From: Octopus sinensis
Taxonomy: Eukaryota
DNA length: 50,299 nt
Reading direction: 5' to 3'
NCBI RefSeq assembly: GCF_006345805.1
Contig: NW_021835207.1
Span: 1-50,299 of the forward strand
The translations under genes were made by a program, and so were the position numbers. This document shows positions 48,416 through 50,299 of the stretch, piece by piece; position 1 is the stretch's first letter, and each line of letters starts with the position of its first letter. The notes below the pieces were generated by a model. It did no database searches. It was not told the DNA's origin and saw only the letters and a list, made by a program, of their open reading frames with translations.

Positions 48416-49018
48416 TTATAAGAGAAAACATTTTTCAACGCGCCCGAAAATCAAAAAACCACAGGACGTGTGATAAATCCAATATTAGCTAACCAAAATT
48501 TTCGATATAAAAGCAATGTAGATGGGAAGGAGACTTGTCTGTATAAGAAATTGCTTACAGTAACGGACATGTGTTGATCTTACTATCTCTCACCATCGAA
48601 TTACATGCGGTTCAACAAGCTAGAATTAGGAATAATTACGATATATGAAAATTGTTGGAAGTACAATAACGTTGAATAGAAATATTAACTAGATGGATAA
48701 TAGTTCACAGGAACGTTCTGAAAGCAAATAGCATAAAATCAAACATATATAAAATAAAAAATAAATAAATAAGTAAATACATATATATTTATATATATAT
48801 ATAGGTAACGTTTTCTGCCACTATAACATGGCTGTTCTATAAAGTACTATGTTACTACATTTTAACTTCCCGAAAACGTCTTTAGTATCTGGTCAACGAC
48901 ACACAACCTGTGACCGATATATTGTGTGTGCGTGTATGTATGTATGTATGTATGTATGTATGTATGTATGTATGTATGTATGTATGTAGGTATGTATGTA
49001 TGTATGTATGTATGTATG

Positions 49019-49049
<31 letters not shown>

Positions 49050-49060
49050 GTATGTATGTA

Positions 49061-49082
49061 CTAGCTGAGGTACCCGGTAATA
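49061..49082 (-). mobile_element. Helitron-like 3' end, same family as 35713-35739
   Basis: Minus strand reads TATTACCGGGTACCTCAGCTAG then T, followed by (ACAT)n as at 35740. Confidence 0.55.
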
Positions 49083-49121
49083 AATGGCAATAAACCCATC
49101 CTGCAATTATATTTACATATA

Positions 49122-49297
49122 GCCGCAGGAGTGACTGTGTGGAAAGTAGCTCGATCACCAGCCACATGGTTCCGGGGTTCAGTCCCACTGCGTGGTACTT
49201 GGCCAAGAGTCTTCTACTATAGCCTCGGGCCGACCAAAGGCGGTGCTCCAGCATGGCCGCGATCAAATGACTGAAACAAAGTAAAGAATAAAAGAAT
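49122..49297 (+). mobile_element. SINE family A with internal deletion
   Basis: Head joined directly to tail at CGACCAAAG|GCGGTGCTCC. Confidence 0.88.
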
Positions 49298-49620
49298 ATG
49301 CATGTGTGTATATGCGAGCTTGCGTATCAGTTAGTGTGAGTGTGTGGTTTTTAAAGTACGTACACACTCACAAACAGGGATAGATACACTCATACACGCG
49401 TATACACATCAAAGCACAAACATTGCACAAACACACACTCTAATACAAGCACTGATACATATATATGTTTTGCTTTTACAACTATGCATACATAAATCAA
49501 CATACATATACGTCAGTGTACATGTTTCGATGTTTCTATATCTCATAAACACAGTTATACATCCTTATAAAAACGAGTGTAGAACATTTATGAGCTTGCA
49601 GAAACATACAGTATTTTACA

Positions 49621-49651
<31 letters not shown>

Positions 49652-49834
49652 TACACACACACACAAACACACATATATACATACATGCATACACACACAC
49701 ATACACACACAAACACACACTCGGACAGTAATAAGCAAACATTCGCGCATATATAAAGGGTACAAACCACTATTTCACACACTCACACATGCACACACAT
49801 ATACACACACGCGCAGGCACACACACACACACAC

Positions 49835-49895
<61 letters not shown>

Positions 49896-50299
49896 TGCAT
49901 ACACATAAAATATCATTTTCCCTAAGAGTCCTTTTTCTGTCTCGCTGACGGTAAACCCGCATTTTCAGGGTTTGATCCCAGAAGGGATTTGAACATTTTT
50001 ATATCCCTAGTAAACAAAAAAATCCGAAGAGAGGCTGGGCCGCCTGTCCACTAAAGCTGTGACCCAGACGTGACCCCCACCACACACACAAACGCACAGA
50101 ATCTAAATCAACCATCATGCACACCATCAAACCAAACACCATTTCCTTCACCCATGCAGACGTCCACCTTTAGGTCCAGGCTGACTTATTATCAGTCGAC
50201 CGTCCCTTCTCCCTGCCTCCACCCGTTCTGTCTGTCTGCCTGTCTGTCTTCATACTCCGGTCCCGCCTCCCCCTCTCTCTCTAATGCTGTCTTAATTTC

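Overview
AT-rich eukaryotic DNA saturated with microsatellites, intergenic or intronic in character. The tRNA-derived SINE families and simple-repeat load look like a coleoid cephalopod, most likely Octopus (inference from repeat content). I find no intact protein-coding gene: nearly all listed ORFs are translations of (AT)n, (CA)n, (TATG)n or triplet repeats, or of SINEs. Supported content: many copies of at least three tRNA-headed SINE families (some with 13-16 bp target-site duplications); three R4/Dong-like (RLE) LINE remnants; one CR1/L2-group remnant; two mariner transposase remnants and several MITEs; one complete non-autonomous Helitron; a tRNA-Glu pseudogene; two large palindromes; and unique islands rich in transcription-factor motifs. 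The strongest signal is about ten type I hammerhead ribozyme (HHR) motifs on both strands, from several apparently unrelated short non-coding repeat families, mostly beside microsatellites. The motif at 26650-26734 is nearly perfect, and the one at 41755-41801 sits in a 357-bp-period partial tandem element resembling a Penelope-like pLTR or non-LTR retrozyme. All folds and alignments were done by eye.
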